A stretch of 64,000 nucleotides of DNA from contig CDLV01000015.1 of NCBI GenBank assembly GCA_001244265.2, positions 620,001-684,000 on the forward strand. The letters run 5' to 3'. The position numbers and the translations under genes were made by a program. Below, piece after piece: positions 63,584-64,000 of the stretch (position 1 is its first letter; each line of letters opens with the position of its first letter). Origin of the DNA: Microbotryum violaceum (Eukaryota). Under the pieces are notes generated by a model that saw nothing but the letters and a program-made list of their open reading frames with translations, was not told the origin of the DNA and made no database searches.

Positions 63584-64000
63584 TCAGGCCAACTCGAGCT
63601 CAGGGAAGCGTTGCGGCAATGAATCGAGCATGCTCGGATGGAAGCCAGCTTCGAACGTGCCAAAGAAGGTGCGTTGGGTACCGGGGAACTTGCGCGCGCG
63701 ATCATTCCCATCGAGGATCGTCAGGCCATCAGGAGCAGCCATCATATGCACCACGACCGCGAAACTTGACGAGCCAATCAACAAGAGGTCGTTATCGGCC
63801 AAGGCGTGCAGATCAGCCATGACGTCGCCCGAGTCGATGAGCGTGTAATCGAACTCGAAGCCCGAGAGGACGTGGTCGTTGTGGGATTCCATCGCGATGC
63901 GGATGTCGAGGCGCTTAAAGCGTTTCTGCGCTTCGTGGATGATCTCGTTGACCGAGGCCGTGGGCATCGAACCTCGGAACTCGGTCGCGTTGTCACTACG
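63584..64000 (-). CDS. C-terminal part of a fucosyltransferase-like (GT11/GT23-like) glycosyltransferase; 5' end outside window
   Basis: Open frame to the window edge with DLHALADNDLLLIGSSSF, resembling the D-x-x-x-L...S-S/T-F GDP-fucose-binding motif; only a fragment is visible. Confidence 0.5.
   Translation of the reverse strand, partial: RSDNATEFRGSMPTASVNEIIHEAQKRFKRLDIRIAMESHNDHVLSGFEFDYTLIDSGDVMADLHALADNDLLLIGSSSFAVVVHMMAAPDGLTILDGNDRARKFPGTQRTFFGTFEAGFHPSMLDSLPQRFPELELA

Noticed and set aside
27..63996. The many 60-240 aa ORFs in the six-frame track that overlap called genes
   Set aside because: They are shadow ORFs expected in GC-rich coding DNA, antisense or out of frame to well-supported spliced genes and without family motifs

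Overview
Intron-rich eukaryotic DNA from a basidiomycete fungus. GT(A/G/C)AGT and GTGCGT donors, CTGAC/CTAAC branch sites and the gene content fit a Pucciniomycotina/Microbotryomycetes-type yeast (inference). About 20 protein-coding genes can be reconstructed by eye, many as head-to-head pairs: derlin, an intronless PPR-like mitochondrial protein, 3-hydroxyacyl-CoA dehydrogenase, a sugar porter, SUMO E1 subunit Aos1, a Kic1/Nak1-type kinase, a FAM72-domain protein, two tandem PalI/SUR7 genes, long-chain acyl-CoA synthetase, a SIM-RING STUbL-like protein, a CAP64/CAS3-like SGNH protein, RNase H2 subunit C, a CA3427/NMT1-like binding protein, V-ATPase subunit e, a LARP7/Pof8-like La protein, a Ral2-like kelch-BTB protein, a GPI-anchored wall protein, a VanZ-like protein, a Ppn2-like phosphoesterase, an O-fucosyltransferase-like protein, a membrane-anchored carboxylesterase and the end of a second fucosyltransferase-like gene. 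No tRNA, rRNA, CRISPR or intact transposon was recognised. Most notable: an in-frame TAG followed by 79 open codons in the sugar porter, a FAM72 zinc domain in a fungal disordered protein, a full La-RRM-xRRM protein, and a run of luminal glycan-modifying enzymes at the right end. I cannot claim a proven new system. All family calls come from motif recognition, not database searches, and exon boundaries are manual.
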